A DNA stretch of 64,000 nt, from positions 124,001-188,000 of the forward strand of contig NIVC01000384.1 in NCBI GenBank assembly GCA_002269645.1. The letters are read 5' to 3'. Shown here in pieces: positions 63,944-64,000 of the stretch. The stretch comes from Macrostomum lignano. Its lineage: Eukaryota. Every line of letters starts with the position of its first letter. Positions within the stretch are counted from its first letter, which is position 1. The notes under the pieces were generated by a model. It was not told the origin of the DNA. It was given only the letters and a program-made list of their open reading frames with translations, and did not search any database. The translations under genes were made by a program, and so were the position numbers.

Positions 63944-64000
63944 CTGGGAATGTGGGGGGGGGGTGTTTGAGCCTTAAAAAGTAAGGAGCTTAAGCATCGC

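Overview
Eukaryotic (metazoan) genomic DNA, about half of it tandem repeats (roughly 43 micro/minisatellite arrays, ~33 kb by my tally of approximate boundaries). GC-rich exons, poly-Q tracts and satellite-packed introns suggest a flatworm such as Macrostomum; this is an inference. The main feature is a complete + strand unc-5 netrin receptor gene that I threaded by hand as 12 coding exons from 11290 to 60250. All junctions are GT-AG and phase-compatible, giving 3231 nt (1076 aa): signal peptide, Ig, Ig, TSP1, TSP1, TM, ZU5, UPA, death domain. A second signal peptide with its own CCAAT/CCAAT/TATA promoter lies in frame upstream of exon 2, suggesting alternative first exons. Intron 7 holds an apparently intact D,D34D mariner with TIRs and TA flanks. 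The last two exons of a convergent - strand gene, tentatively MYBBP1A/Pol5-like, close the window. The most intriguing observation is that several intronic minisatellite arrays are reverse-complement relatives of one another and bracket defined exon sets: TSP1-1; exons 2-6; exons 7-9; the death-domain exon. Around TSP1-1 the layout resembles a competing docking/selector RNA switch. Function is untested, and a purely mutational origin is not excluded. No CRISPR, rRNA or intact tRNA was found. Repeat boundaries are approximate.
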